A stretch of 64,000 nt of DNA from Azolla caroliniana (taxonomy: Eukaryota > Plantae > Polypodiophyta): positions 28,396,001 through 28,460,000 of the forward strand of contig JBHGNT010000001.1 in the NCBI GenBank assembly GCA_043228905.1. The letters run 5' to 3'. The position numbers were made by a program, and so were the translations under genes. Under the pieces are notes generated by a model. That model worked only from the letters and a program-made list of their open reading frames with translations, searched no databases and was not told where the DNA came from. This document shows positions 1 through 13,135 of the stretch, one piece after another (the first letter of the stretch is position 1; the number at the start of each line of letters is the position of its first letter).

Positions 1-963
1 TGAGGTGCAGTTTCATCATATCTGGGAGCTCGTAATAGAAAAGAAGCTCGAAGTTCGGAATATCAACACCGATGTGAACATCGTCGATTGCGCCCGACGA
101 AGCCACTCCCAAAACAACACTTCGGAGCACTAAGGACAATGATGGGACTACAACAATCGACCGAGCAGAAGAGAGCCAAACAAACAATAACAGAAGGAAA
201 GTCGAAGACCAGTTCGATCAAATGAGCCAAAAAGGCAAAGTCAAAAGAATCAAAATACCAAGAGGTTGAAGGTGCAGCATTGAGCAAGGACATCAACTGG
301 AGAGGAGACGATCAAGGGATGAACGAACCTGAAGATAGATGGATGATCCAGCGGGGAGCCCAAGAGCAAGCACGAGCAGAAAACAAACTGTCGACCAGAG
401 CCCGAGAGTAAGAATCAGACGTGAGTCAATCCAGACAAACGAGCCGATCTGGACGCAAGACGATTCGAACAAGTCAATCCGACCGACTTAGACAAGCCAA
501 CTCGGACGACATACGATTTGGATAACTAGCCGAATTAGGCTAGAGCCAGACTTTACCTCTGTAAATTCGACCATATACCAACAATCTTGCATGTATACTT
601 GTAATTATAGATTAAACCTGTAATCTAGGTTCACGGGGGGAGATAACCCCAATTATTTGTATACATAGGAAAGAGTAGCCCTTTTACAAGGGAGTTTGTT
701 GGCATAAAAGGCCAACTCCTTCCACTTTGTATCTTTAGTGTGAACACATCTTCGAGTTAGGGCATGAGTATATAAAGGTTGACCCTAACATTGTATACAC
801 TCTTAGAGAGAAAAGATCTATAGAGAACTTCCATTGAAGCTTAAATTATGTCTACCGTCTACCTTTCTTCCTCTTCTTCTTGTTACATATCTGTGTTGTT
901 TGTTGTACACATCTTACTGCAAGTCGTCGTCATCATCCGTTGCCCACCACCATATCATCAACA
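1..963 (+). mobile_element. 3' end of a Ty1/copia LTR retrotransposon: degenerate RNase H C-terminus, 3' UTR, PPT and 3' LTR
   Basis: From nt 2 the translation reads EVQFHHIWELVIEKKLEVRNINTDVNIVDC, then after a frameshift TKPLPKQHFGALRTMMGL, matching the copia RNase H end (HIRE...ADxLTKPL...F...R..LG). Purine tract AAGGGAGTT (688-696) is followed directly by TGTTGG. Confidence 0.8.
697..963 (+). repeat. Putative 3' LTR of the copia element
   Basis: Begins TGTTG immediately after the PPT and ends CAACA (inverted termini). Contains TATATAAA near 770. The partner LTR is outside the window. Confidence 0.65.
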
Positions 964-1929
964 AAGATTAGTTTTAACGTTCAAGACTTAAGCAAATGAC
1001 AAAGAGAGAAGTGTGTGCGTGTGTATGTATATATATACATATATCTTTTTAACGTCCATTAGAGATCAATAACATAGTGTCTTATAGTTTAGGCACTTGT
1101 TTATATTTGCAAGGCACTCATGCACGCTCACCATGTACCATATGGTCTATCTTTTTTAGAAATTAATGTTGAAACTTAAAGTGGTCAAGTGGATCTTATT
1201 TTCTTCTCAATTTATCCTTCATGTACCTTTATATAAGTACTATGCTATCTATATTTTCCTTATTATTGGTACTATATGTTTCTCAACATTGGTTGTTTTT
1301 CCACATGTGATGGCGTACAAGCAACAACAATAATGTGTATGTCTCTCTTATGTATGTAGCATGAAAATGGTTCCATTTATGGGTCCATGTGATTTTCAGT
1401 TATGTTTTAAAAAATGTGATGCTTCATTGGGTCTTATACAAAGTATAGGTTGCATAAAATGATGTTTTTCCCTAATAAATGCTAGTGAAGTGGTTTCAAA
1501 TTGATACCAATGTTTTTTATTGGATGTACGTCAAACTAGGAAAGGATGCAACACACAAAAGCATTCAAACATTTGGTGAAGCCCATGACATCATGGCGTT
1601 TGGTTTTTGTTGAGAATTGTTCATTTAAAAAGTAGAATGAGATTCAATCGGGCATATAGACGAGGATGTAAAGTATTGTCTTGGTGCATATAAATGTTCA
1701 AGGTGCAAATGACCATGTATGTGAGTTTAATCCTTTAGCCTGAAAGAACACACCTAGTTTCCATGCAACATTATTTGCTTCAACACTAACAATGGTTGCA
1801 ATCAAAGGTTTTGATTCCTTGAGGCAACATTGACATTGTTTTGATCATTTTCAAGTCCATTCAAGTTTGCACATTTATTCCACTTTGCCTCTAAGTAAAA
1901 GTCATGTTTATTGTTTTCAATGATGTCTT

Positions 1930-2110
1930 GAAGTTTACGAGCTTGTTTTGGTGCTTTGCTTGTGCAAATATATTTCTTTCACCAGATCAATCGAGATTAT
2001 GTGGAGCTTCTCGCATTAAGTCATGGTAAGAGTGAATATGATGGACAACAAGACGACCTTTGACCACGAACAACTAAAGCAAGGTGCTTGTTACTTAAAG
2101 TGTGACAAGC
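1930..2110 (+). mobile_element. Possible highly decayed DNA-transposase remnant
   Basis: Broken translation MWSF..SHGKSEYDG resembles the W.FF...HGKG..DG motif of some eukaryotic transposases. No intact ORF. Confidence 0.3.
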
Positions 2111-5100
2111 ATGCATTTGATTTTCTAACAACAATGATTTTGAAAAATCAGGTCCTAATGCATATCAAGCAAAAACCTTGAGTACACACGAGTACAATGA
2201 AGTTAGTGCTAACATCAAAAAAACCTTGAGCCATGAGTATCTTAAGCAAAATACTTGGTACATATATAGTGTGAAAATTTTGCATCTGAACTTCTAACAA
2301 CAACAATTTCGAGAGATTATGCCTTTATGTGTATCAAGGTAAAATTAGGTGGAGCTATAAACATGGGGAAGGACACAAATGTTGCATTAAGTTAATTGAT
2401 ATTCAAAGAAAGGCATTCACATTGTAATTTGATATTAAACTATGCTTAGCTAAATCAAATTCGGATAGAGATTTAAAGGTATGGACATGTTAAGAGAGAG
2501 ATTCCTCCTTCATTAAGTTGTTGAGATATAATTGTCTAGGTATAGTACTATGCTATCCATGTAATATGTTATATTTATTGAAAGTGAGGATTCATATTGA
2601 GGATTGGTTTTAGGATTACGATATAAACTTTTGGAGTGCGAAAACATCATCTCTAATTGGAAATGCAAGTGGCAAATGCAACAAGTACTTTGACATAATA
2701 AGAGATAAGTTCATATCTTGCTATGATTGAAATTTATACGAGAATAATATAAAAACCTCTATAAGACTTGTTAAAGCATGTTATAAAACGGTTGCCTTTC
2801 TATGTTTTTAAAAGTTAACGATGGTTAAAATGTATAACCATGACGGTTAATTGTAAGGATTATGTTTTATTTTATTTTTTCCCAAATAAAGATACTACAT
2901 TAGTATTAGAAAACGTGATACGGCTATACATACAAGATATACCACAAATCCCCTGTATTTTTCTAAATTCTAACCATCGGCTTTAATAAATACTTTGGTG
3001 CTGAGTAAAACCAAATAGCTTAATGTCATTAGTTAGGCCTAAACTTGTATGATTCATGTTATAAAAAAACATACAAAGAATGTCTTGAGATAATTACAGT
3101 AACTAGTGGTTTCCTACTAAAAAACATGGTTTACATACTCATAAAAACAATACATGCAATATTCTACAACTAAAATCATAATTTGACTTTGAGCTCATTA
3201 CACACTAATAGTTAAGAAACATTTGTCTACTTGTAAAATATCTTTACAAATTCACTTTCTACAACCCAAGGGCTGAAACATGTAACAATGCTTGCATAAA
3301 AAGAGTAAAGGGGTTCCTGAGGATTGGATCATGACTCCTCCATGTGCAAAAGATAATAAAATCTCATAATAATACAAGGTAATGACTTAACGGCAATAAG
3401 TACTAGAAATATTATACAATGTGAACAATTTGCTATTTAAAATCCAGTCCAAGGTGGTTTATAGCTTTTAGAACATGGGTATTTGTCATTATGCATAAGG
3501 CTCATCTACATCAAGTCCTCGTAAATACATTCTATTTTTTAATCTTTTGCATTGTTTCATATAAAATTGTGGTCGAAACTTATTTATGCTTCATAGTGGG
3601 GTCGCTTCTATGACCTAATACCTGAGTGCACAAATACCAATGTTTGATAGACTTACATGGGGCAATCAAACCTCGGTCCTCAACATCTTCGATGAAAATA
3701 AATATCCTCCTTATGCGTGAAACTTGTAATTTCGAGATTCTTATGTCATCGCCCCGAATCTATTAAGCATAATAATACATTGAATAGACAAGGTCTCACG
3801 AATCTCTTATAAAAATAGAAGAGGTAACTTTAACATACATTTATCAGTAACAGTTTTCAAATTGTTTTAGTAAAGCAAAAGGCCATTGTCATCAAAGGAT
3901 ATTAGGTTTGCATGGATCAACATACATATATTTCTCAAAAGGCAAAATTCTTGGATAAATAAATCAATATAATCGTGTTAGGTATGACATGCTTATCTTA
4001 GTGGTTTCACTTCGATGAGTATTTAACATTCTTGTGTTTAATCAAAAGGGTATTAGGTAACATACAAAACTATCAAGGTAAGGTCTATTGAAAGTTTGAA
4101 CAAATCAAGTGTTTTTATGTGGACACTGTGGAAGGGACATATGTATAGGAGACGTTTAGCAAGAGACTAGGACAACCAAGGTCATGAGTCAATAATTTTT
4201 CAAAGGTCGTGTTATGAATGCCAATAGAAAAGAAGATACCTATAAAGATTTTTTCCCTTTGATGAAATAGGACTGGTCAACTCTAGATGAAAAGGCTATT
4301 AGATGTCGACAAAGTGAAAATTGATTGGATGCACTAGGATTCAAGAATGATGTGGTATGTCCACTCTTTCTTGTGGGCCAAATTACTAAAGTTGGATAGT
4401 TTGTTGTAAAAAGTGAGGAATGTAAAAAAAGAATGAACATAAATTGAGGGAGGTGGCTAGAAAAATGTTTTACATGCCATTGGTTTGCCATAAGATAATT
4501 AGCTTCGGAAGGCTTTGGTTTACTTTTTAGCACGCAATTAACTATTGCCACGTGAACATTAAGCCCCCTTTCAAGCATGTCATACAATGCCATGGAAACT
4601 CAACTTTGGCGATAATGATGCTCGATATATGTACATATAATGGGGGGTTTCGCCTTGTTAAATCACTCTTACTTGTTTGAGAGCAATAAAGTATTTCTAT
4701 CTCAACAATTTCCCTTTCAAACATCCATTTCCACACATTGTGAACCCAATCTCGATGAGGATGATCCTACATGAATGCAAACAACTCACCATTTACAACT
4801 ACGTGACCCGATGACTAACCATTTTTACTATTCATAATTGAAGGCATGAATGAAAAAGCATGGCGTTCCCAATAATTGCGGCAACATGCCATGCATTGAT
4901 CGGTTTGTATGTGTTCAAAGGGCAATGAGGTGTAAGCCCAACCATAAAAAACCCCTCCATGGCCTTTAGGTTAGGTTCAAGTCACTATAGGGAACTATGA
5001 TTAGATAGATGTAGCATTGATGTTCAGTTTACCACAAGAGGCATGAATGGAAAAATGAGTGTCGATCCCACTTATAGTTGTTGCAATTGTGCCATACACC

Positions 5101-5419
5101 ATATAATACATGTGTGTTTGGTGGGCAACTAGTATCCAAGTTTGTAAGGTATTAACACGAAGTTCCCCAACATGTCATTTGTTTAATTTTTGGTGGTGAC
5201 AGTGGGGGGTTATAGGGTCATCCCCATGTGCTTTGACACTTGACAAAACCAATGCCTAATCTTGTTCCTCTCTTCATCCATCTTTCCTTGGGTTCTAGGG
5301 AAAGCTGTAAAGTTATTTTTGATGCTCATGCGGGGCCACCTTGGCTTTCCTTCATATATTTTCACACTTCCTCTCCTTGTGTCTCTCCTCAACTCAAGCC
5401 CACCATCATCATCAAGCCA

Positions 5420-6791
5420 ATGGCTTCTCCTCTCCTCCTCCTCCTCCACCTCATCGGTGTTGTGGCTCTGCTTTGCTTCACGAAAGCACAATCTCAAGGC
5501 TCTTCTGGTTGGAGTGAAGCTCATGCCACATTCTATGGTGGAAGCGATGCGTCGGGAACCATGGGTAGACCAATAATAACACTTTTGGAACCCTTAAAAT
5601 TTTCGGGCCTTAAAGATACACATTATATGAGCCCACACACTTTTGTCACTTGGTTTACCTCAAGAATCTTATTTTGCCTTATATTCACTACATCCAAACT
5701 TTGAGTCCCCTCCTTCCTGCTACGTAAATGTTATATATATATATATATATATGTATGTATATATTCCCCTCCATAGATTTAGAGCCCTGTTTTCCTTCCA
5801 CATTGCTCTGTTTTTTGATTGCTCTAATGTCTTGATGGTTTTTTTTTTTTGGTTTTTTTGTTGTTGTCCTAAAATGCTGTAGTGTTCTAAAACAGGAGGG
5901 GCATGTGGCTATGGTGACCTCTACTCAACAGGGTATGGGACAAACACAGCAGCACTAAGCACAGCCCTCTTCAATGGGGGTCTATCGTGTGGGGCATGTT
6001 TCGAGCTGAAGTGTGGGGGTGGAGACCCTAAATGGTGTGTCTCCACCTCTTCCTCCATCGTGGTCACCGCGACCAACTTGTGCCCTCCAAACTTTGCTCT
6101 CTCCGATACCAATGGTGGATGGTGTAACCCCCCCATGCAACACTTTGACCTAGCTCAACCTGCCTTCCAACAAATTGCAAGCTTCCAAGCAGGGATTGTC
6201 CCTGTCATGTTTAGAAGGTACATTGACATCAAATCTAACCCGTTTACGAATTCATGGAACCCACCCAAAGAAAATGCAAAACATATTCACACTAAACATC
6301 TTGATTTTACCCCTTTATATGGGTATTAGAAGCTTGATGTTTTCATTCTATACATGTTATCTTGCATGTGAGTTCTCCATATGACCATTGCATGTCGGTT
6401 ATTATTTATGGCCATGGCGTTCGCAACACAATGTAAAAACACAAACTACTCTTCTAACATCTCTCTATCCATTGTCTTGGTATCTAGGATTCCATGTACC
6501 AAGAAAGGAGGGGTTCATTTCACAGTGAATGGCCATGCATTCTTCAATCTAGTGCTCATTACCAATGTGGGAGGGGCCGGTGACGTGCAGGCAGTGTCAG
6601 TCAAGGGATCGTCTACTGGATGGCAACCATTATCTAGAAACTGGGGCCAAAATTGGCAAAGCAATGCTAACCTATGTGGACAGGCCCTATCCTTCATGAT
6701 CACCACTAGTGATGGCATCACTTTGACCTCTTATGATGTGGCACCTTCTTCTTGGCAATTCGGGCAAACCTTCATTGGTGAACAATTGTGA
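5420..6791 (+). CDS. EXPA: Alpha-expansin (EXPA); exons 5420-5564, 5896-6217, 6488-6791
   Basis: Signal peptide, [65 protein letters not shown] and C-terminal [20 protein letters not shown] introns at the usual expansin positions join in frame. Confidence 0.96.
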
Positions 6792-8204
6792 TGACAAGCA
6801 GGGTTTGTACAGTTGGGTCTTTATTGGCCACTATATTCTTGCACCATTATCATTGTTGTTATTGCATAATAATGCTCTGGGAGCCAAAGAGGTTCGTTTT
6901 GCAAGCATGGAAAATGAACAAGACAGATTCTATTACCTTTTTGCAAGAAAAAGAAAAGACTTAATAATTGCTTAAAGTGCTCTTTTACCCTTTGCATTGT
7001 GAGCCAATAATAACTATGAACAACCACATAATACTTACTGCCTTTGATAGGAGAGGTTCATTGATACCCTCTAAACATGTACATACATATATTCTTATTG
7101 TTTAATATGTTTCAAGGAGGGGTTAACCTCTATCACACCTCCCTATTTCAAGATGTACTCCATATATTTAAAGATGATGCTATGTTTGTCAATGTATTTC
7201 TAGGAGTTTTGATGAAAACAATAAATTATTGCAAATGATGATTTTGTATATGATATCTTGAAGAAACGTCAAATTTTCTCAATGATATAGATCACTTTAA
7301 GAATGAATCAATCATTAGCAAAATAAATGAGCATGTATTCTAGGTAATGCATATAGATATAGAATCTTCAATTTTGATTACATATATAGATATACTTTAC
7401 TTATCTTCAGCGTGTATTCCAAATGATGCATATAGATATAGAATGTTCAATTTTGATTACATATATGATTGCATCAAGTCACTTAAAAACAAAGTTCAAA
7501 TATACATCACATTTATATCACAACAAATTGCACCACATCCAACCCAAATGTCTACATAGTGCAGTACAAGTTAGCCTCGCATGATTCAAAATGGTCTTTT
7601 TTTTATTTGGGTAGTATTGAACAATTTATACACACATGTATACATATCGCAGTAGCTTTCATAGACAAGATTGAACCAATCTTTTGTCATGTTGAAATGC
7701 TTTCAAAGAACAATATCACTCTTATACAAATGGCTAATGAGCATCTTCCTTTCACTATCCACCAACCATGTGAGCCTAGTTGGCCTAATTCCAATAACTT
7801 TTAGCCAATGTATAATGTTCTGTAGAATATCCCAATGCAAAGGGCTTTGGAGTAAAGTTGGAGTTATAACTTTGACATGGAAAGTGGATGGAAAAGCTTA
7901 AAGATGTATCCTACAAGTTCAAAAAAGCCGTTCTCATATTTTATGTTTCTCAATGTTTCAATCCTATGTATTTTTGGACAAAATTGAATCTCATTTGGCC
8001 CCTCAAATATCCACCGCCATCCATCCTGAATCAAACCTCACTGGAAAATATATTTACTTTAAATGGAAAATATCCTCATGTATGTAACTTTTCAATAGTT
8101 AGCATCGGCACACGGTATGTTGTCGTAATCGCTCTCTATTCAAGCACTGCATGACTTCAAGTTCATCTTTACCATCATTCTTAAGAATGAAGACTATTTA
8201 CAAA

Positions 8205-10277
8205 TCAATCAACAAACAAATGTCTTGGTATTTTGCATGCAATATCGTTTCTCATTCTCAAAGCATTCAGTTTTTCAGCTTCTGAATGCATACCAGCAAC
8301 TGCATATATATTCCCCATGCAAACATATGCTGCCTCGCACTTCTCATCCAACTCTACTGACTGTTCAAAGGCCCATTTGCCAAGTTCCACATTTACCCAT
8401 TTATAGCAAGCACCCATTAGGGCCAACAAGAGTGGGATCCGATCACATGATGATGGGGCATGTTCAAGTATACAGATAGCGTTATAGAACTGACCTGCCC
8501 TTCCCAAAAGGTCCACCATGCAAGTGTAATGATCTAGAGTTGGACTAAGGCAATAAACAGTCTTCATACGCTCAAACACCATTTGCCCCTCCTTAGTTAG
8601 ACCAGCATGACTACACACGGTGAGCAACAGAAGAAATGCAACAATGTCACTTGTGGCATCCACACCTTCCGCCATCATTTGTCCGAATAATCTGAAAATT
8701 TTTCGGGCTTGACCCACCTGGACATAGGCAGCCATTATTGCATTCCAAGATACAATATCCTCTCCTGGAAGGGCTTTAAAGATTTCTTGTGCTTTCTCAA
8801 ACAGTCCACATTTAGCATACATATCTACCAATGTTGTTCCAAGAACAATGTCTCTTTCTACTAATCCTTGCTTGCTTACCTCACCATGTATTTCTTGCCC
8901 CATTGCAAGAGCTCCAACATCAGCACAAGCTTTCAAAACACAACTAAAGGTGAATGCGTCTGGGGTAATATGTTCATCTCTCATACGGCAAAAAAAAGAC
9001 AAAGCTTCTTCTCCAAGCCCATTTTGAGCATATCCCACAATGAGTGCATTCCACGACACAACATTTGGCACTGGAATATCATCAAAGACTTCTAGTGCTT
9101 TCTCCATCACACCACACTTGGCATACATGTCCACCAATGTATTGCTGAGTGCAATCTCTTTCACTAGTAGCCCCGGTCTTCTTCCAATCTCGGAGTGTAT
9201 CTGTTCTCCAATGTCAAGGCATCCTATACTTCCACAAGCTTTTAAAATAGCAATAAAAGTGACCTCATTGGGGTCGATGCCTTCATCTCGCATTTGCCTA
9301 AAGCATCTCAAAGCTTCATCCCCAAGTCCATTGTGGGCATACCCTGTGATTAGTGCATTCCAAGACACTACATCTCTTATTCGAAGCTCTTCAAACACTT
9401 GTTGAGCTTTGCCTATCATGCCACACTTTGCATACATGTCCACCAAGGTATTCCCAAGCATATGATTGCTTCTCTCAGCCAATAAACCTAATCGTCGAAC
9501 TTCGGCATGTATCTCTTCTCCCATCTTAAGACACCCAACGCTACCACAAGCTTTCAAAGCGCAAATGAAAGTTACTTCATTCGGGATAATACCCTTTTCC
9601 TGCATCTCATGAAAACATCCCAGAGCATTGTTACCGAGACCATGCCTGACGTACCCAGTAATGAGAGCATTCCAGGAGACAACGTTTCGGGTCAAAATCC
9701 TATCAAATATTTCGCGAGCTTTTACCAGTAAGCCAAACCTAGCATACATGTCCACCAGAGCTGTACCAAGCACCACATTATGCTGTAATAGGCCCTGCCG
9801 TGTAGCCTCTGCATGCAGTTGTTCGCCCACCTCAACATATCCTAAGCTCCCGCAAGCCTTAAACACCAAACAAAATGTGATGGCATTTGGAGAGAAGCCC
9901 TCAGTTCGCATCTTCTCAAATGAATACATAACTTCATTAGGCAATCCATTTTGTGAGTAACTGGTGATGATTGCATTCCAGGATATAATATCTCTCCTCG
10001 GAAGCTCATCAAACAACCTACGAGCTTCCCTTATGGCGCCACATTTGGCATATACAGTGAGCAAAGAAGTAATTAGATACATATCTTTAGAAAGAATCTT
10101 ACTTCGGAGTATATCATTGTGAATCCTTCTAAGTTTGGGCAAGTTCTTGGATTTCATACATGATCTTATCAAGCCCAACAGAGCATTCTTATCTGGTATC
10201 TCTTTGGAGCTAATTTTCTCAACCTTGAGGTTATTAACATGGGGAATACAGTCTTTTGGAATGGCTCTTTCTGCCAT
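8205..10277 (-). CDS. PLS-class pentatricopeptide repeat protein with E domain, no DYW (putative organellar RNA-editing factor)
   Basis: 690-aa intronless ORF with repeated LVDMYAKCG / VVSWNALI.GY / PNEVTF...LKAC triplets, then HYTCMVDLLGRAG and E-type helices. Ends KIPRHLFVD. The true start is not certain. Confidence 0.93.
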   Translation of the reverse strand: MAERAIPKDCIPHVNNLKVEKISSKEIPDKNALLGLIRSCMKSKNLPKLRRIHNDILRSKILSKDMYLITSLLTVYAKCGAIREARRLFDELPRRDIISWNAIITSYSQNGLPNEVMYSFEKMRTEGFSPNAITFCLVFKACGSLGYVEVGEQLHAEATRQGLLQHNVVLGTALVDMYARFGLLVKAREIFDRILTRNVVSWNALITGYVRHGLGNNALGCFHEMQEKGIIPNEVTFICALKACGSVGCLKMGEEIHAEVRRLGLLAERSNHMLGNTLVDMYAKCGMIGKAQQVFEELRIRDVVSWNALITGYAHNGLGDEALRCFRQMRDEGIDPNEVTFIAILKACGSIGCLDIGEQIHSEIGRRPGLLVKEIALSNTLVDMYAKCGVMEKALEVFDDIPVPNVVSWNALIVGYAQNGLGEEALSFFCRMRDEHITPDAFTFSCVLKACADVGALAMGQEIHGEVSKQGLVERDIVLGTTLVDMYAKCGLFEKAQEIFKALPGEDIVSWNAIMAAYVQVGQARKIFRLFGQMMAEGVDATSDIVAFLLLLTVCSHAGLTKEGQMVFERMKTVYCLSPTLDHYTCMVDLLGRAGQFYNAICILEHAPSSCDRIPLLLALMGACYKWVNVELGKWAFEQSVELDEKCEAAYVCMGNIYAVAGMHSEAEKLNALRMRNDIACKIPRHLFVD

Positions 10278-13135
10278 TTTGTGTGTAGTGGCCAGATCAT
10301 CGAGACATACACATAGGCTCCGGGTAACCCTGCTGCGAAATTAGGGTTTGTCAATCGAATTGGAGTTTGTCTGTATAGATTCCTAAGGAATCATGGATTG
10401 CTAGGGAAATGAGAAGAAATCCAGAGGACCTGTCATAAAAAATTTGTAATGTTTGTGGTGGTGGTGTGGCCAAAGCCAACAAGAGAAAGTTCGGATACAC
10501 AACAAACCCTTGGAACTGGAACTCGCCTGGGACGAGGCCTTGGCCGTGTAACCCACTAGGTCCAGTCGACCGAGCCCTTGAACATTATGGGGGTACCGAT
10601 GTCACGTTTTCTATGTGCATCCAGTCTTGTCTTCATAAAAGAACTTGTGAACCATAGTTCCCACCCCATGGTTGAATGGATTCTCTTAATTGTGCCTCGC
10701 GTAACATGTTGGAGTCAATCAGAATGCCATGTGTTCGACCCATGCCATACCTCTCAATATCTTCTATCACATCGCTTCTAGACATATTCCCTTCGAGTGC
10801 AATGTATTCTTAGATTGTTCTAATGCATATTGCGATTATGATGATGACATATTTTGGTGGCAATATAGGTAATATCATGTTCAAATGACGTGAAAGTGTA
10901 TGAAACAATTGGCTTTCAAGTTTAGCTCCATCCCCGTGATTCATGAATTTCGAAGTAAAATCCTTGCTCTCAAATGTTTTCGATAATTACGTGTGTAGTT
11001 GATTTGAGAGACAAGTCTCTTCTTGAGTCTTTAATATACCTTTGGCCCTAAACACAAGTGTGATAACCCCAAGCCCACCATATTGCACTCAAACTAGGTC
11101 TTTGGTGTTTGCTTTAAACATACAGAGCTTTCCTCAACCATGAGACCTTGTTTCCTAGATTAGGCAACTCAAAACCCTTGCCCTTGTTCCACCTTTAGCT
11201 AATTCATGGTGTATGCTAAGGACCGGTCGTTCTCATATGATAAGTGATAATTGACATTGTCCTTAGAGGCGAGTCATCCTAATGTTTTAAAGGTGAGTCA
11301 ACCTTAGATACTTATGGCAAATTAGCCTTTTTATTCTAATGGTGAGTTTCCCTCAACTCCGAGACAAACCCAAAATGGGGAAATTATGAAGCAATAACGC
11401 TTGCGTATAATGAATATTTAGATTAAGAAAAGAATGGTTTAAGATTGCTATGCCACAATGAGCACTCCCGAGTGTAGGACAAGAAATGAACAAAAAATAT
11501 GATTTGGTCTCCTATATCACTAAATATGATATTGTGTTGTGCTTCGGAAGTTTAGATGAACAAATTTGAAAAAAGAGAGCTTTACCTTTACCATTAGAGT
11601 CTTGACATAGTCTCATGATCCCACCAAGATTACATAACCAAATCCACCCAAAGATGTCTCTCTTGGTTCTCTATTCCCTCTCATTTGCTACAACTAGTCT
11701 CTTAGGGACCAACCACATCATACTTCTCTACCATGAACGACCTGTACATTATAAGGGAAAGGTTCAACAACAAATTCCGTGAGTACCACAATTAGTAGGA
11801 TTGGTCGGAACAAGAATGCATATGACAAGAGGCAAAAGAATGGGTTACAATGCAACATTAAAAATATAAAATGGAGGGTCCTAGCGATAAACATTGACCC
11901 ATAGAAATTGGTTGTCAGTGAAAACTACTCTACCTCCTCTCCTAACTTTAGCAATTGTCATCTTCGAGTCACTCAATGTTGTTGGTAGTAAACCACCACC
12001 TAACCCTAATGTCATTGGTCATCCCTCATCAACTATCATCCATTGCCTCAATGCCTGTGGATCTTACCACAATACAATGTTGCATTTGGTTGCCTTTTGT
12101 ATAGTGTGCAAAAGCATACTAGTACCATGCATATGTGGTGAAATGATAGGGGTTCTAAACAAAAAAATATGGGCATGGCAATATGAGATGTCTCCAAGAA
12201 TATGTAAGAGGTGTAGGGACCTTAATACATAGATTAAGATCTTGCCTGACAAGGTTTTAAACTTTTAATCTATGTATTAAAAACAAAACTCTTTGAACAA
12301 TTGAGCAAGGAAAGATATAATAGAATAATAAAACAATATAAGATGAGAATAAAGTAAGCATTTCTATTATGAATTAGGAGGCTAGATAGGATTTTTGGAA
12401 GGATATTAAGTACTATATTGCCCGCCCCCCTAACCTAATGAGGTGCATTTATTTTAGGTTCCTCATGCACTAAAGGCTAATCAAATGTCGATGGAACAAC
12501 ATATCTTTAGAATACCACCCAACACCCATAACACCACTAATTTAGCTAATGGTAAACTTGGTGAACCTTGTGTTCGAACTATGTGATGCACTCGACTATG
12601 TTTATGCAATAATTCCAATTCACAAACTTTGACTCATCGGGCACATAATGTGTGGTCAAAGATTACTTCTTAGCGCTAGAATTTGAAAAAAAGTAGTATG
12701 AGTGTCATATACAATTTCCAAAATACGACCAAATGCTTGACCAAGCCCATCCTTTCATTGGAGTTGTTTCAAAACTTGGGGCTCGATGTCATCAGTTGAA
12801 TGGGGGACTATTGTATGAAATGGGTTTAGACTAAACCGTTCCAAGATCATTAAGTGCTTTTAACGTTACACTGATTCTATCTCCATGACTATATCATGCT
12901 AAAAATTTGGGAGTCCACATATACTAAATGTACAAGGTTTCAAACTTGCACTAAGTTTTTTTTTTTAATTCCCAAGAAAAACCTCCTTCCATTAGTTATA
13001 AAATTTTACAAATGAGATGATTATGTACAAATGCCTGTAGGGACGCGATAGTTCCATCTTATGTGGATGCCCACTGACTCAAGAAATGGAGAGGACGACC
13101 ATTGTTGGATGAAGGCTATTCGTTGTCTTTCAAAT

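Noticed and set aside
5240-5704. 154-aa ORF as a standalone gene
   Set aside because: It is expansin exon 1 read together with upstream sequence and intron 1. The real start is the ATG at 5420.
8225-10344. Plus-strand ORFs overlapping the PLS-PPR
   Set aside because: They are antisense shadows of the repetitive PPR coding sequence.
11200-12700. Possible decayed copia RT region
   Set aside because: KPPPNPNVIG is suggestive, but no further diagnostic motifs could be read.
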